A DNA stretch of 64,000 nt, taken from the IMG/VR virus record IMGVR_UViG_3300025132_008118; one strand, given 5' to 3'. A program made the position numbers and the translations under genes. Positions 30,996 through 40,497 of the stretch are shown here, piece by piece; the stretch's first letter is position 1; the number at the start of each line of letters is the position of its first letter. A model generated the notes under the pieces. It did no database searches. It saw only the letters and a program-made list of their open reading frames with translations, and was not told where the DNA came from. Source of the DNA: a virus.

Positions 30996-33380
30996 CTAAA
31001 ACCCTCCAGTATAATCAGCTGAAGCTGGTCCTGAATATGTTTCAGCGTTGGTAGCTGCTCCATAGGTCGCTGCACTTGACAATGTTTTAGAATATGTTTC
31101 GTCAATAGTTATACCACTTTTTTGAGTATTAAATTGTGGTGAAGCAGGAACTCTTTGATCGCTATTGATACCATTATTTTTAGCTGAATTACGCACACTT
31201 TGATTACCATCAGTTAACGTTAAAGGTAGATTATTAAATGTATGAGTATGTGGATAAGTTGCAATTGTATCAGCTATCGGTATACCGGTCTGGGTACCAC
31301 CGAACACTGGTACAGTAGCTGAACCAGGCCCATCTGTCCAAAAATAGTCTACGTACCCGATAATAGCTCCTTGTACAGTTTGTCCTAATACTTGGGTTGT
31401 ATTTGTTACTTGCGTTTCAGCCGGTGCAGTTACATGTTGTAAATAAGTTTCTCCTTCTACTGATAAACCTCCACCAATTATTACGTTCTTATTTACCCCA
31501 AGACTACTATCTACTAAAACTTGTCTTTGTCTTTTATTACGTAGTTTTAAAATTTCTGCACTTATATTAATTACTTTAGCATCTAAATTAATTTCATTTT
31601 CCGAACCAATGTTAACTTGTTGACCAGCTACGTTAGTAATGCTACCAGATATATTAGTTGGTCCGTATGATTTTAGATTAATACCACCAGCACCTACCAT
31701 AACATTATACCTATTATTAACATTTAAATTATATGTACCACCGGGTAAATCTTGAACATCAACATATTCAAGTAACGGACCAGAATCACTATTAACATAA
31801 GTAGCTTTACTACCTACAAGAACTTCATTGTTTATTAGTTTACCAATTGGATCGAATCTAATACTACCGTAATCATTCATTACTGTTCCAATATTTTCTA
31901 ATTTATTTTTACTAATTTCAATTATTTCACTACCACCAAGACCGAAATCTCTTTCTTTAATCATTAAATCAGCTTGAACTTTTGTTATTTCTTCACTTAA
32001 ATTTTTGTCTTCTGGTTTCCAATCACCGTCTTGAGTTGATAGACTCTTACCTTTCCCATTACTGAACGTATTACCTGATTCATCAGGCCAATCATCATCA
32101 GTAGTACCTATATTTGAACCAGGTGGGGATTTAGGTTCGGTTCCTGTTGATAACACCTTAAGGTTATTATCATAATAAGGGGCTTGACCACCGTTAAAGG
32201 TTCCTGATATATTTAATTCTGGAAAACCGGAACCAGCAAATGTATTTATATTGTTTAAACCAAAATATTTTTTAGAGTTAGTAACAGGAAAATCAGCAAA
32301 CGACCCAGACCTTTTTTGGTCAATGCTATTAAGTCTTAAAATAATATCACCATTTGAGGTAACATTATTATTTTCAGTTCTTTTTATATCAAACAATTGT
32401 TTTATATCTTGTATTACACCAAAAGCTTGCTTCCACTTATCAAAGAATGCATCGTTTAAATTACCAATTTTTTTATACTTATCTCGTAAAACAATTTCAT
32501 CATAATTTTTACCAGTAAATTCATTTTTGAACCCTTTAACAGTATTGAATTCATCATTAATAACAAGCTTTTGATTATTTTTAGTAGCTAGCTCTGAATT
32601 GGTATTATTATTAAACTCTTTAAACGAACCAGAATAATGGGTTAATTTTATTTTTTCATTATGATCAGTATTGTTTATTTCAAAAGTACCTCCTTTTTGA
32701 TTTAAAACATATTTGTTCCTATAAGTTTTTACGTTATAATCTTCTTCAGTAGAACTACTATCATAATTTTCATATTTTCCAGGGTAATCTACTTCACTAT
32801 CGTATATACCCTGCCAATCATCTTTACCAAATGATGTACCTATTAAGACAGGAAACTGAGTATTACCATCTCTGAAAAATACATAAACATGGGCACCGAC
32901 GCTTGGAATACCAAATGAGCCTTTTGCTTTATTAGAGTAAGTATTAGGTTTATAGTTGAAAGAGTATGGATTTATATTATTAACATTATTACTATTATCA
33001 CTAAAAGCATCACTTAATCTAAACATACTTTGATCATATATTTCTCCAGTCGAAGCCGAACCATCTGCACTTAAATTTGCAAAAGCATTTGTATCTGATA
33101 CAGTAGCTTTATTGGTATAATTATTATATCGTTTAGATGTATTTTCACTTGTTAATGGGCAGCTAACTTCCGCCCATGGTAATATGGTCTTTAATTTAGC
33201 CATTATAGGTTGGAGTTGACCATCTATAGACTTAAAGTATTTATCAGTATTATCTTGTACCCAATTTTCATATACTGTAGGTGATAAATGAGGCACAAAT
33301 ACTTTAACCCTGCCTCTTTTTTTAGGGTCATTATTTTGGACTACTATACCCAAATATATACTATTAAATTCTTTTTCCAT
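30996..33380 (-). CDS. Baseplate central spike gp5-like (OB-fold + beta-helix)
   Basis: YLGIVVQNNDPKKRGRVKVFVP, PWAE and P.VGA.V.VFFRDG..QFPV OB-fold motifs; beta-helix-like C-terminal half. Confidence 0.85.
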   Translation of the reverse strand: MEKEFNSIYLGIVVQNNDPKKRGRVKVFVPHLSPTVYENWVQDNTDKYFKSIDGQLQPIMAKLKTILPWAEVSCPLTSENTSKRYNNYTNKATVSDTNAFANLSADGSASTGEIYDQSMFRLSDAFSDNSNNVNNINPYSFNYKPNTYSNKAKGSFGIPSVGAHVYVFFRDGNTQFPVLIGTSFGKDDWQGIYDSEVDYPGKYENYDSSSTEEDYNVKTYRNKYVLNQKGGTFEINNTDHNEKIKLTHYSGSFKEFNNNTNSELATKNNQKLVINDEFNTVKGFKNEFTGKNYDEIVLRDKYKKIGNLNDAFFDKWKQAFGVIQDIKQLFDIKRTENNNVTSNGDIILRLNSIDQKRSGSFADFPVTNSKKYFGLNNINTFAGSGFPELNISGTFNGGQAPYYDNNLKVLSTGTEPKSPPGSNIGTTDDDWPDESGNTFSNGKGKSLSTQDGDWKPEDKNLSEEITKVQADLMIKERDFGLGGSEIIEISKNKLENIGTVMNDYGSIRFDPIGKLINNEVLVGSKATYVNSDSGPLLEYVDVQDLPGGTYNLNVNNRYNVMVGAGGINLKSYGPTNISGSITNVAGQQVNIGSENEINLDAKVINISAEILKLRNKRQRQVLVDSSLGVNKNVIIGGGLSVEGETYLQHVTAPAETQVTNTTQVLGQTVQGAIIGYVDYFWTDGPGSATVPVFGGTQTGIPIADTIATYPHTHTFNNLPLTLTDGNQSVRNSAKNNGINSDQRVPASPQFNTQKSGITIDETYSKTLSSAATYGAATNAETYSGPASADYTGGF

Positions 33381-33393
33381 AATACCTTTATAT

Positions 33394-34461
33394 TTACCTA
33401 TAATTTACAAATTTTCCATTATGATCAAGTGTTACAAGCCTACGTTTTGATGGGTCATTTACACTATCCTCAGTAACTTCGATTGCGTTATATAATAATA
33501 TTTCATTAGTGTCGGGATCTCTTACAGCTGTCAAATTGGTGTAAGATATTGACCGTGTAACAGTAACTTCTGAAGCTACAAAATCATCATTAAATGTTTC
33601 TAAATAATTTAACGTTTCCTCTTCTTTATCAAATCTATTCACTATATTTACATTTCTTGCTACTGGAGGTACAACTTCAGTTATATTAGTAAGCTTAAAC
33701 TGCTGTTCAGCTATTGTATCTTTTGAAATAAAAGTTTCATCTATAAATTTGGCATCTAAAAATGAAAAATTTGGATTGAAAGTTGTACTTGTAAAACTAT
33801 CAACACTATTACTAGATATATCGGTAACCTGAGTATTATATATAGAAGTTTCAGATTTACCATTAAACGATAAATCAAAAATTTTATCTTTTTGTTGTTG
33901 CACTAAACCATTAACAAATGCTAGCTGTTTATCGGGGTTAAATGTAAAATCTCGTATTTGGGTATTCGAAAGTTTGGCAATTTCACCAATAACATTAAGT
34001 GAGCTTTTACCTGCAATTATACCTGCTTCAATTTCGCTACTAATATCATCTAATTGAGCATCTAAAGCTGCATTTAATTTAGTACCTAATGAAATATCAT
34101 CCAAACTTAACTTATTAAATTTACTGATAATGGTTTTTGAAAATTTATTTAAATTCGCTCCTATATTTTTATCAATAAGACCGTATAGGGAACTTAAATT
34201 TAATTTAGCTAAAGATGGAAATGGTAAACCTTTTAACCCGTTGGCAAAATTTATCGAACCGGTTAGTTTTGATAAATTTAAATTTAAACTCGACCCTATT
34301 AAACCTTGAATATTATTAAACAAATCACCTGTAGCTTGACTTATTAAGTTAGTTTTAACCATACTACTAAGATTCTGTATTTTAGAAGCAGCTATACTTT
34401 TCAAATTATTAGTAATATTACCAATAATACTATTGAAATTTACATTAAGTCCGAACGCCAT
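33394..34461 (-). CDS. Hypothetical late protein
   Basis: Likely start MAFGL at 34461, 5 nt after TAAATA. The ORF track start at 34485 is probably too long. Confidence 0.55.
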   Translation of the reverse strand: MAFGLNVNFNSIIGNITNNLKSIAASKIQNLSSMVKTNLISQATGDLFNNIQGLIGSSLNLNLSKLTGSINFANGLKGLPFPSLAKLNLSSLYGLIDKNIGANLNKFSKTIISKFNKLSLDDISLGTKLNAALDAQLDDISSEIEAGIIAGKSSLNVIGEIAKLSNTQIRDFTFNPDKQLAFVNGLVQQQKDKIFDLSFNGKSETSIYNTQVTDISSNSVDSFTSTTFNPNFSFLDAKFIDETFISKDTIAEQQFKLTNITEVVPPVARNVNIVNRFDKEEETLNYLETFNDDFVASEVTVTRSISYTNLTAVRDPDTNEILLYNAIEVTEDSVNDPSKRRLVTLDHNGKFVNYR

Positions 34462-34473
34462 ATATATATTTAC

Positions 34474-34501
34474 TTGATATACCATTTTCTGTCTATATAA
34501 T
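34474..34501 (+). promoter_or_regulatory. Sigma70-like promoter TTGATA-N16-TATAAT, ATG 6 nt downstream
   Basis: Read directly from the sequence; same layout at 8233-8260 (+) and upstream of 52349 (-). Confidence 0.6.
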
Positions 34502-34507
34502 TATAGT

Positions 34508-35299
34508 ATGTTAGTATCTCATGAAAGTCCGATTAGTATTTTAGATAAATCTAAGTTGTATAATGATTACGATTATGCTCTTGTACATTTATTTGAAACC
34601 CAACCCAAGTATTATGACTATTTTAAGAATAGTGTAAAAATAGGTAGAGAAGTTCTCTTAGATAATAGTATTTTTGAACTTGGTGAATCTTTTGAACCAG
34701 GTAAATTTGCTAAATATGTAAAAGAACTTAAACCTTCTTATTATATTGTACCTGATGTTTTAGAAGATGGCTATGCAACTATTAAAAGTTTTCATGAGTT
34801 TACTAATAAGTATACCAATCTACCTGGTTTAAAGATAGGAGCAGTTCAAGGTAAGACATATGATGAAATAGTAGATTGTTATAATTATATGTCAGAAAAT
34901 GCTGATTATATTGCAATTAGTTTCGACTTTAGCTATTATATTGTAACCGGTAAAGGTAAATCAAAACTAGAAAGGTGGTGCGATGGTAGACGTAGATTAA
35001 TAGAACAGTTAAAGAAAGATGGTATTTGGAATAATCAGAAACCTCATCATCTATTAGGTTGTTCATTTGCTAAAGAGTTTAAAAACTACGTAGGGGATAA
35101 AACCATTAGGTCAGTAGATACCTCTAACCCGGTGGTTGCTGGTATTAAGGAACTTAGATATACTGGTAATCTAGGATTAAATGAAAAGCCTTCAATTATG
35201 TTGGCTGATTTAATTGATCACGAAGTTACAGATACACAGATGGAAGACATAGAATATAACGTTAACTGTTTTAAAGATATTATTGACCATGGTAATTAG
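34508..35299 (+). CDS. TGT/DpdA-like TIM-barrel guanine transglycosylase
   Basis: LLDNS, IVPDV, GAVQG, YIAIS, HHLLG and RSVDTS occur in the order expected for TGT-superfamily barrel strands. No Zn-binding Cys cluster. Adjacent to queF. Confidence 0.65.
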   Translation: MLVSHESPISILDKSKLYNDYDYALVHLFETQPKYYDYFKNSVKIGREVLLDNSIFELGESFEPGKFAKYVKELKPSYYIVPDVLEDGYATIKSFHEFTNKYTNLPGLKIGAVQGKTYDEIVDCYNYMSENADYIAISFDFSYYIVTGKGKSKLERWCDGRRRLIEQLKKDGIWNNQKPHHLLGCSFAKEFKNYVGDKTIRSVDTSNPVVAGIKELRYTGNLGLNEKPSIMLADLIDHEVTDTQMEDIEYNVNCFKDIIDHGN

Positions 35300-35837
35300 T
35301 TTTACGGGAGCTCAAAGTACCGGTAAGTCTACTTTACTTACTAAATTGCAAACTGATGAAAGATTTCGTAAGTATAATTTTGTACCGGAAATAACTAGAG
35401 GTTTAAAAAAGAAATATAATCTAGATATCAATGAAGATGGTAATGAATTTACTCAATTATTAACTGTAAATAGTCACTTATATAATTATTTTGACTTTAA
35501 AGGTAAAGATGTGGTATTAGATAGATGTATTTTAGATGGATTGATATATACAACATATCAATATCATACAAAAAAAGTAAGTAAAGAAATATATAATTAT
35601 AGTGAGTATCTCTTTAAGAAATTGATTGGTGAATTGGATATTATACTATATACAGAACCTGATATCCCCTTAGTAGATGATGGAGAGCGTAGCATAGATA
35701 AAGAGTTTCGCGATATTATAGTTAACTTATTTGAAGAGGCAATTAATCATTATAATATTAATGTAATTAGGTTGAGTGGTTCAGTTGATAATCGTATGAA
35801 AACAATTTATAATATAGTAGATAATTATGGCAAATAA
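35283..35837 (+). CDS. P-loop nucleotide kinase (dNMP kinase / AAA_28-like)
   Basis: ISFTGAQSTGKSTL, VPEITR, LDRC.LD, DDGER. Confidence 0.75.
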   Translation: MTMVISFTGAQSTGKSTLLTKLQTDERFRKYNFVPEITRGLKKKYNLDINEDGNEFTQLLTVNSHLYNYFDFKGKDVVLDRCILDGLIYTTYQYHTKKVSKEIYNYSEYLFKKLIGELDIILYTEPDIPLVDDGERSIDKEFRDIIVNLFEEAINHYNINVIRLSGSVDNRMKTIYNIVDNYGK

Positions 35838-36756
35838 AGAATTAGATAATAGTAGAATTAGTAAGCATTTAGGTCAAACGTCTCAATATAAGAGTGCGTA
35901 TGATTCTGAGTTGCTTGTAAGAGAACCTCGTAGTAATAATCGAGTATATTTAAATATATTCGATGATGATTTACCTTTCGTTGGATCTGATACATGGAAT
36001 GCATATGAATGTTCATTCCTTCTAGATAATGGTCGCCCTGTAACAGGCGTTGTGAAGTGTGTATATTCATGCAGTAGTAAATATATCGTTGAAAGTAAGA
36101 GTATTAAATTATACTTTAATTCATTTAATATGACTAAAATGGCTGCTGATAAAGATAAAGCTGTAGTTGCATTCGAAGATACTGCAAGTAAAGATCTAAG
36201 TAGATTATTGCAGACTGATGTTCAGGTTAAATTTCAAGATGGTGATCGTGTTAATAAGAAATTCGATAGTCCTAATATGGAATGGGATATTGATGATTTT
36301 GATAATGTAGATTTACTACAAGATGATAAAGATTTTATATATACTCAATATACTGAGGACCCTAGCCTATTAGAAGGTGTTATTCGTGGAAGAGATTTAG
36401 AGCAAAAGTTTTATTCAGGTCTATTAAAAAGTAATTGCCGTGTTACTTCACAACCAGATTGGGGTGATGTATTTATCTATATTAAATCTAAGACTGCTAT
36501 TGATGCTCATAGTATTAAGAATTATGTTGTATCATATAGAGATGAGTGCCATTTTCATGAAGAGATATGTGAATGCTTTTATAAAAGATTAAAAGATGCT
36601 TTCGATCCTTCTGAACTATTAGTAATGTGTTTATATGCTCGTAGAGGTGGTATTGATATTAACCCTGTAAGAGCTTCAAGTAAAGATCTTATCGAAAAGT
36701 ACGCTGCTAATCTAATTGATCCTGAAGCAGTTCATATTAAAACCTCTAAGCAATAA
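35827..36756 (+). CDS. queF: NADPH-dependent preQ0 reductase QueF (bimodular type)
   Basis: DTWNAYE, VESKSIKLYFNSFN, catalytic SNCRVTSQPDWG, FHEE, YARRGGIDINP.R. Confidence 0.93.
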   Translation: MANKELDNSRISKHLGQTSQYKSAYDSELLVREPRSNNRVYLNIFDDDLPFVGSDTWNAYECSFLLDNGRPVTGVVKCVYSCSSKYIVESKSIKLYFNSFNMTKMAADKDKAVVAFEDTASKDLSRLLQTDVQVKFQDGDRVNKKFDSPNMEWDIDDFDNVDLLQDDKDFIYTQYTEDPSLLEGVIRGRDLEQKFYSGLLKSNCRVTSQPDWGDVFIYIKSKTAIDAHSIKNYVVSYRDECHFHEEICECFYKRLKDAFDPSELLVMCLYARRGGIDINPVRASSKDLIEKYAANLIDPEAVHIKTSKQ

Positions 36757-36828
36757 TGGATGTATTTATGACATGGGGTGCAGTGTTATGTATAATATTT
36801 TATGCATACTATATAGCATTTTATAATT

Positions 36829-36866
36829 AAACAAAAAGAGACCTGGCTCGTAATGAACCAGGTCTC
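36829..36866 (-). terminator. Rho-independent terminator after the major capsid gene
   Basis: Minus strand GAGACCTGG-loop-CCAGGTCTC followed by TTTTTGTTT. Confidence 0.85.
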
Positions 36867-36891
36867 AAGCTGTTTGTATCTTATATTAAGA

Positions 36892-38379
36892 TTAGCCGAA
36901 GTACACCGAGTTAGTACCTGGTGTGAACGCTTCGCCGAGTGACTTAACAATGATAACGTGGTAGTAGAGATTTGCTCCGAAGATATTGTCTACGACACCA
37001 TAACGGGTAAGCAAGCCTACACGTGGCGCGAAGTCATTAGGACCAATTGTTCTCTGAACCATAACTGGAATGTATGGGCAGTAGATGATACCAGTGTCAT
37101 AAAACTCTGGACCCTTGTAACCAAGTAATGCATATTCAGGAGCATCATTCGCAGAGGTTGTAAGACTGTTACCAATCGTTTGACCTTCTGTGCGAGTATC
37201 TCTATATACATTAAAACGACCACCAAGATTACCGATCTTTGCAACGCCTACAGGTTGTGTATTGACATTACCTTGGACTGGTACCCACTGGAATTCAGGG
37301 AGCATTTCCAAGATAGCGCAAACACGAGGTGTTGCAACGATGAAGTTAGCTGCACCACGGCGATTTCTCACTGCGATACGGTTAGCTTCTACGATTAATC
37401 TTTGATAGAAGTCGCGGTTACGTTCTACTAGCCAACGGCCATCTGCAGAAGCAGGGCTCCATGTAGAGTACCCAACTCCGGTACCTGCATTAAGAGCAAC
37501 CTGAATCATTCTCATAAGCATTTCACGGTCGATTTCGGCCTGAATTTCATACGACATAGCGTTTGTCAATTCAGTATCGATATCGATACCATTCATATTC
37601 TTAAGATCCTGTTCAAGTTCAACTGACCAACGTGCGCCTAAGCGACGTGTACCAGCTTCAACTGCTGTCTTTTCGAAAGAAACTTCCATAGTAGGGATAT
37701 TACCCGTTACTTCGAAGTTTCTAAGAAGAGCAGCTACACCATCATCTTTCGCGTTAAAAGCGAAGTCTGTGTTACCAGAAAGGTAACCAGCAGATGTACC
37801 GGTGTAATTAGTATAAAGCTCTTGGTAACCAGCTTCTGCATTCGCAGCAGTTGCTAATGCATTAACCTGGCCAGATGGAGAGTTACCAGCTGCTGACTTA
37901 CCATCGATGCCATCACCAAGTGTTTCACCTGAGTAACGATAACGAAGAGCAAATGCAAGGCCAACTGGACCCGCCATTGGTTGAACACCAACGATTTCAT
38001 TTGTAATTAACTCGGGAAAAGTACGACGAATCATTGGGATAAGAATCTTTGGAAGACGGAAGTCATTCGTAGCATATGTGTCCGAACCAGGTGTACCGCT
38101 AGCAACGGAACCAGCACCGATAGATGCAGCACCACCAAGTGATCCATCTCTACCAGCTAAGTTACCATTAATGCCTGTACTACCATAGTTAGGTCCAGCT
38201 TCTTTCAAACACCATGTTTCTTGATTTTCAAGAAGCATTGCAGTGTTTAAACGAGTATGACTATCTTCAATCGCTGCAACACTCTTTGAAGTGTAATCCA
38301 GAACTGGAGCCCACTTTTCAAGTAGTTGCGACGCACGATTCTCATCGATATAAGCCTGTGAAGGGCGTATTGAATTCAT
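36892..38379 (-). CDS. Major capsid protein gp23
   Basis: LLEKWAPVL, LLENQ, VGVQPM.GPVGL.FALR, AGTRRL.A.WS.EL.QDL, GIDIDTEL, GYKG, YCPYIP, TRYG. Confidence 0.97.
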   Translation of the reverse strand: MNSIRPSQAYIDENRASQLLEKWAPVLDYTSKSVAAIEDSHTRLNTAMLLENQETWCLKEAGPNYGSTGINGNLAGRDGSLGGAASIGAGSVASGTPGSDTYATNDFRLPKILIPMIRRTFPELITNEIVGVQPMAGPVGLAFALRYRYSGETLGDGIDGKSAAGNSPSGQVNALATAANAEAGYQELYTNYTGTSAGYLSGNTDFAFNAKDDGVAALLRNFEVTGNIPTMEVSFEKTAVEAGTRRLGARWSVELEQDLKNMNGIDIDTELTNAMSYEIQAEIDREMLMRMIQVALNAGTGVGYSTWSPASADGRWLVERNRDFYQRLIVEANRIAVRNRRGAANFIVATPRVCAILEMLPEFQWVPVQGNVNTQPVGVAKIGNLGGRFNVYRDTRTEGQTIGNSLTTSANDAPEYALLGYKGPEFYDTGIIYCPYIPVMVQRTIGPNDFAPRVGLLTRYGVVDNIFGANLYYHVIIVKSLGEAFTPGTNSVYFG

Positions 38380-38461
38380 AATTTGTATTTTTCCTTTATA
38401 TTCGACCCCAAGGTTTTAAAAAACCAGGAAACTCAGGAATACCTAAACAATATAGGAAATT

Positions 38462-39325
38462 CTAGTACTTAGATAGTTCGTCCATATATGGGCTATTTAC
38501 ACTTTCACTAACAATCTCTTGTGTAGTGTCTTCGTAAATGACCCTATCGACATCTTCTCTGGTACTTAAAGCTTCTTCTTTCAAAGTCTCGAGTCTATTG
38601 CTTTCTTTCTTTTTGAAGAGCTTCAATGTATAATCAAAGTTTTCAGCAATGAACTCAGCGTCCTTACCTTTTAATACTTTGTTTATAAATTGCTTAGATC
38701 TTTTATCAAGACCAACCGTTTTTTGTTCAAGTACTAAACCAGCTTTAACTGTATCTAATTCTTCTTTTAAAACTGCATTTTCTTCTGCAACAGACTCAAG
38801 CTTCTTTGAAGCTTCATTTATTTGATTATGACCGTCCATAACGGCCTCTTTAATGCTTTCTTTTTCTAAAGCACTATCAACTGCTAGATGGCTTCTTAAG
38901 CCTTCTAAAATTTTCTTAGCTTTTGTATTCTTTACTGCTTCTTGTACACTTTCAACTGGAACTGTTTCTTCCAGATAAACATCTAAATAATCAGAAATAC
39001 TTTCAACTAATTGTGTTTGGAAACCTTCTGCTTCTTCATTTAAAGCACTTTCATACTTCTCAATAACTATTTTTAATTTATCAGCTCTATCACTATCAAT
39101 AGCTTCTACAACTCTCTTAAGTTTATTAGAATGATCTTCATCGATTTTTACTACTAATTCGTTAAGCTTTTCAGTATATAGTTCGTCTTGTTCATTGAGA
39201 GCGTTTTCTACGTGTATCTCAACCTTGTCGTTAAGCTTTTGTTCAAAGACGTTTTCGATTTCAGATAACACTTCTTCATTAAGTGCTCCGTTAGTTGCTT
39301 CAGATAAAATTTGTTTAATGTCCAT
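38462..39325 (-). CDS. Prohead core scaffold gp22
   Basis: Acidic coiled-coil protein between gp21 and gp23; ISDYLDVYLEE, MDELSKY end. Confidence 0.85.
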   Translation of the reverse strand: MDIKQILSEATNGALNEEVLSEIENVFEQKLNDKVEIHVENALNEQDELYTEKLNELVVKIDEDHSNKLKRVVEAIDSDRADKLKIVIEKYESALNEEAEGFQTQLVESISDYLDVYLEETVPVESVQEAVKNTKAKKILEGLRSHLAVDSALEKESIKEAVMDGHNQINEASKKLESVAEENAVLKEELDTVKAGLVLEQKTVGLDKRSKQFINKVLKGKDAEFIAENFDYTLKLFKKKESNRLETLKEEALSTREDVDRVIYEDTTQEIVSESVNSPYMDELSKY

Positions 39326-39327
39326 AA

Positions 39328-39471
39328 TTAGAATATATTTATATTATTATTTAATATCTTTTGTTCCATTTTCTTGTTAATAGTGTTAGATAAATCAGTG
39401 CTAGCTTTTTTATAGTTACGATTCATTACGTTACTAATAAAATTTTTTAAATTTGTTTTAACTTCTTTCAT
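39328..39471 (-). CDS. 47-aa small prohead-region protein (position of gp67/68-like core proteins)
   Basis: Read by hand: MKEVKTNLKNFISNVMNRNYKKASTDLSNTINKKMEQKILNNNINIF; exactly fills the gp21-gp22 gap. Confidence 0.5.
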   Translation of the reverse strand: MKEVKTNLKNFISNVMNRNYKKASTDLSNTINKKMEQKILNNNINIF

Positions 39472-39476
39472 ATTTA

Positions 39477-40145
39477 TTAAAGGGTTTTTAGGAATTTAAT
39501 GATATTATCTTTTAAAAATTGATCTTTATTCTTTAAAGGCATAGTAGAAATATTATTTTCAAAGTTATCATACATTTCTTCGAACTGTCCATATTTATTT
39601 ACTACATATTGCTTACTTTCCAAGATGCCATTTACAAAAGCTTTTGGAAAAGATGGGTCTGCTACACAATCAATAGCTACTAATTTAAAATCTTTAACTC
39701 TATTAATACCATCTGAGCCTGATTCTGGTATAAGTTGACCAAGAGCTCTTGAACTCATACCAACTCTTACACCATCATTAATAAGACTCCTGACGATTAA
39801 ACCTGTTGGTGTTGATAATACTTTACTTTTACCGTAGAATACATTACCATCCTGAGACATTTCAGTTACTAAATGACAAGCTCTCTCAAGATCAACATCA
39901 GCTGTAGTAGGGTGATTTAATTCTCCCATTGCTCTACCTGTCTTAACCATTAAATTCTCATAACGTTTCGTTTCACGAACCATTTCATCTAATGGGTATA
40001 TTCTCTTGTTTCGATTAACTCCTTCGGCCATCATATATGGACCTTTAATAAAGAAATTTTGTTTGTCTTTTGAATTACCCTCTTCGACGATATACTCGAA
40101 TTCCTCCTTCGGAGCTGGGGTTTCTACTATAAGGTTTAAACTCAT
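39477..40145 (-). CDS. Prohead protease gp21
   Basis: IKGP.M.AE..NRN.RIYP, AMGELNHP, GMSSRALG, D.VADPS...AFV.GILES. Likely start MSLNL at 40145. Confidence 0.95.
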   Translation of the reverse strand: MSLNLIVETPAPKEEFEYIVEEGNSKDKQNFFIKGPYMMAEGVNRNKRIYPLDEMVRETKRYENLMVKTGRAMGELNHPTTADVDLERACHLVTEMSQDGNVFYGKSKVLSTPTGLIVRSLINDGVRVGMSSRALGQLIPESGSDGINRVKDFKLVAIDCVADPSFPKAFVNGILESKQYVVNKYGQFEEMYDNFENNISTMPLKNKDQFLKDNIIKFLKTL

Positions 40146-40173
40146 ATAATTATTTATCAAATAGTTAACATTT

Positions 40174-40482
40174 TTATACTATTATTTCTTCTCCTGGCTT
40201 TTTACCAGTTAAAAGTGTATAATATGGCCCGTAAATATCTTCTTCATAATTTTCAATATCAAGACCATAATCATTACAACAATCAGATAAACTATCAAAC
40301 CAAGTCCAGCCGCTAACTGGGTAAGTATATGATTCATGATTAGCTCTTAACAGAGTATTACCGTCTGGAAATTTTATTACTTTTTTAGCATGAAATAGCA
40401 TTATTCTCCCTGTCCTAGTACTAGGACCATCTTTCATATAAAAACCTTCAAAGGTGCTTGGACTAATAGTTTCTGTACTCAT
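40174..40482 (-). CDS. Small fibre-associated protein
   Basis: 102 aa directly after the LRR-like fibre gene; YTYPVSGWTWFDS motif. Confidence 0.5.
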   Translation of the reverse strand: MSTETISPSTFEGFYMKDGPSTRTGRIMLFHAKKVIKFPDGNTLLRANHESYTYPVSGWTWFDSLSDCCNDYGLDIENYEEDIYGPYYTLLTGKKPGEEIIV

Positions 40483-40497
40483 GACAATATATATAAA

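Noticed and set aside
35827-36756. GTP cyclohydrolase I (FolE) or QueF-like amidinotransferase
   Set aside because: The sequence has the full bimodular QueF signature (ESKS.KLY, C..T.QPDWG, FHEE, RRGG), which fits preQ0 reductase.
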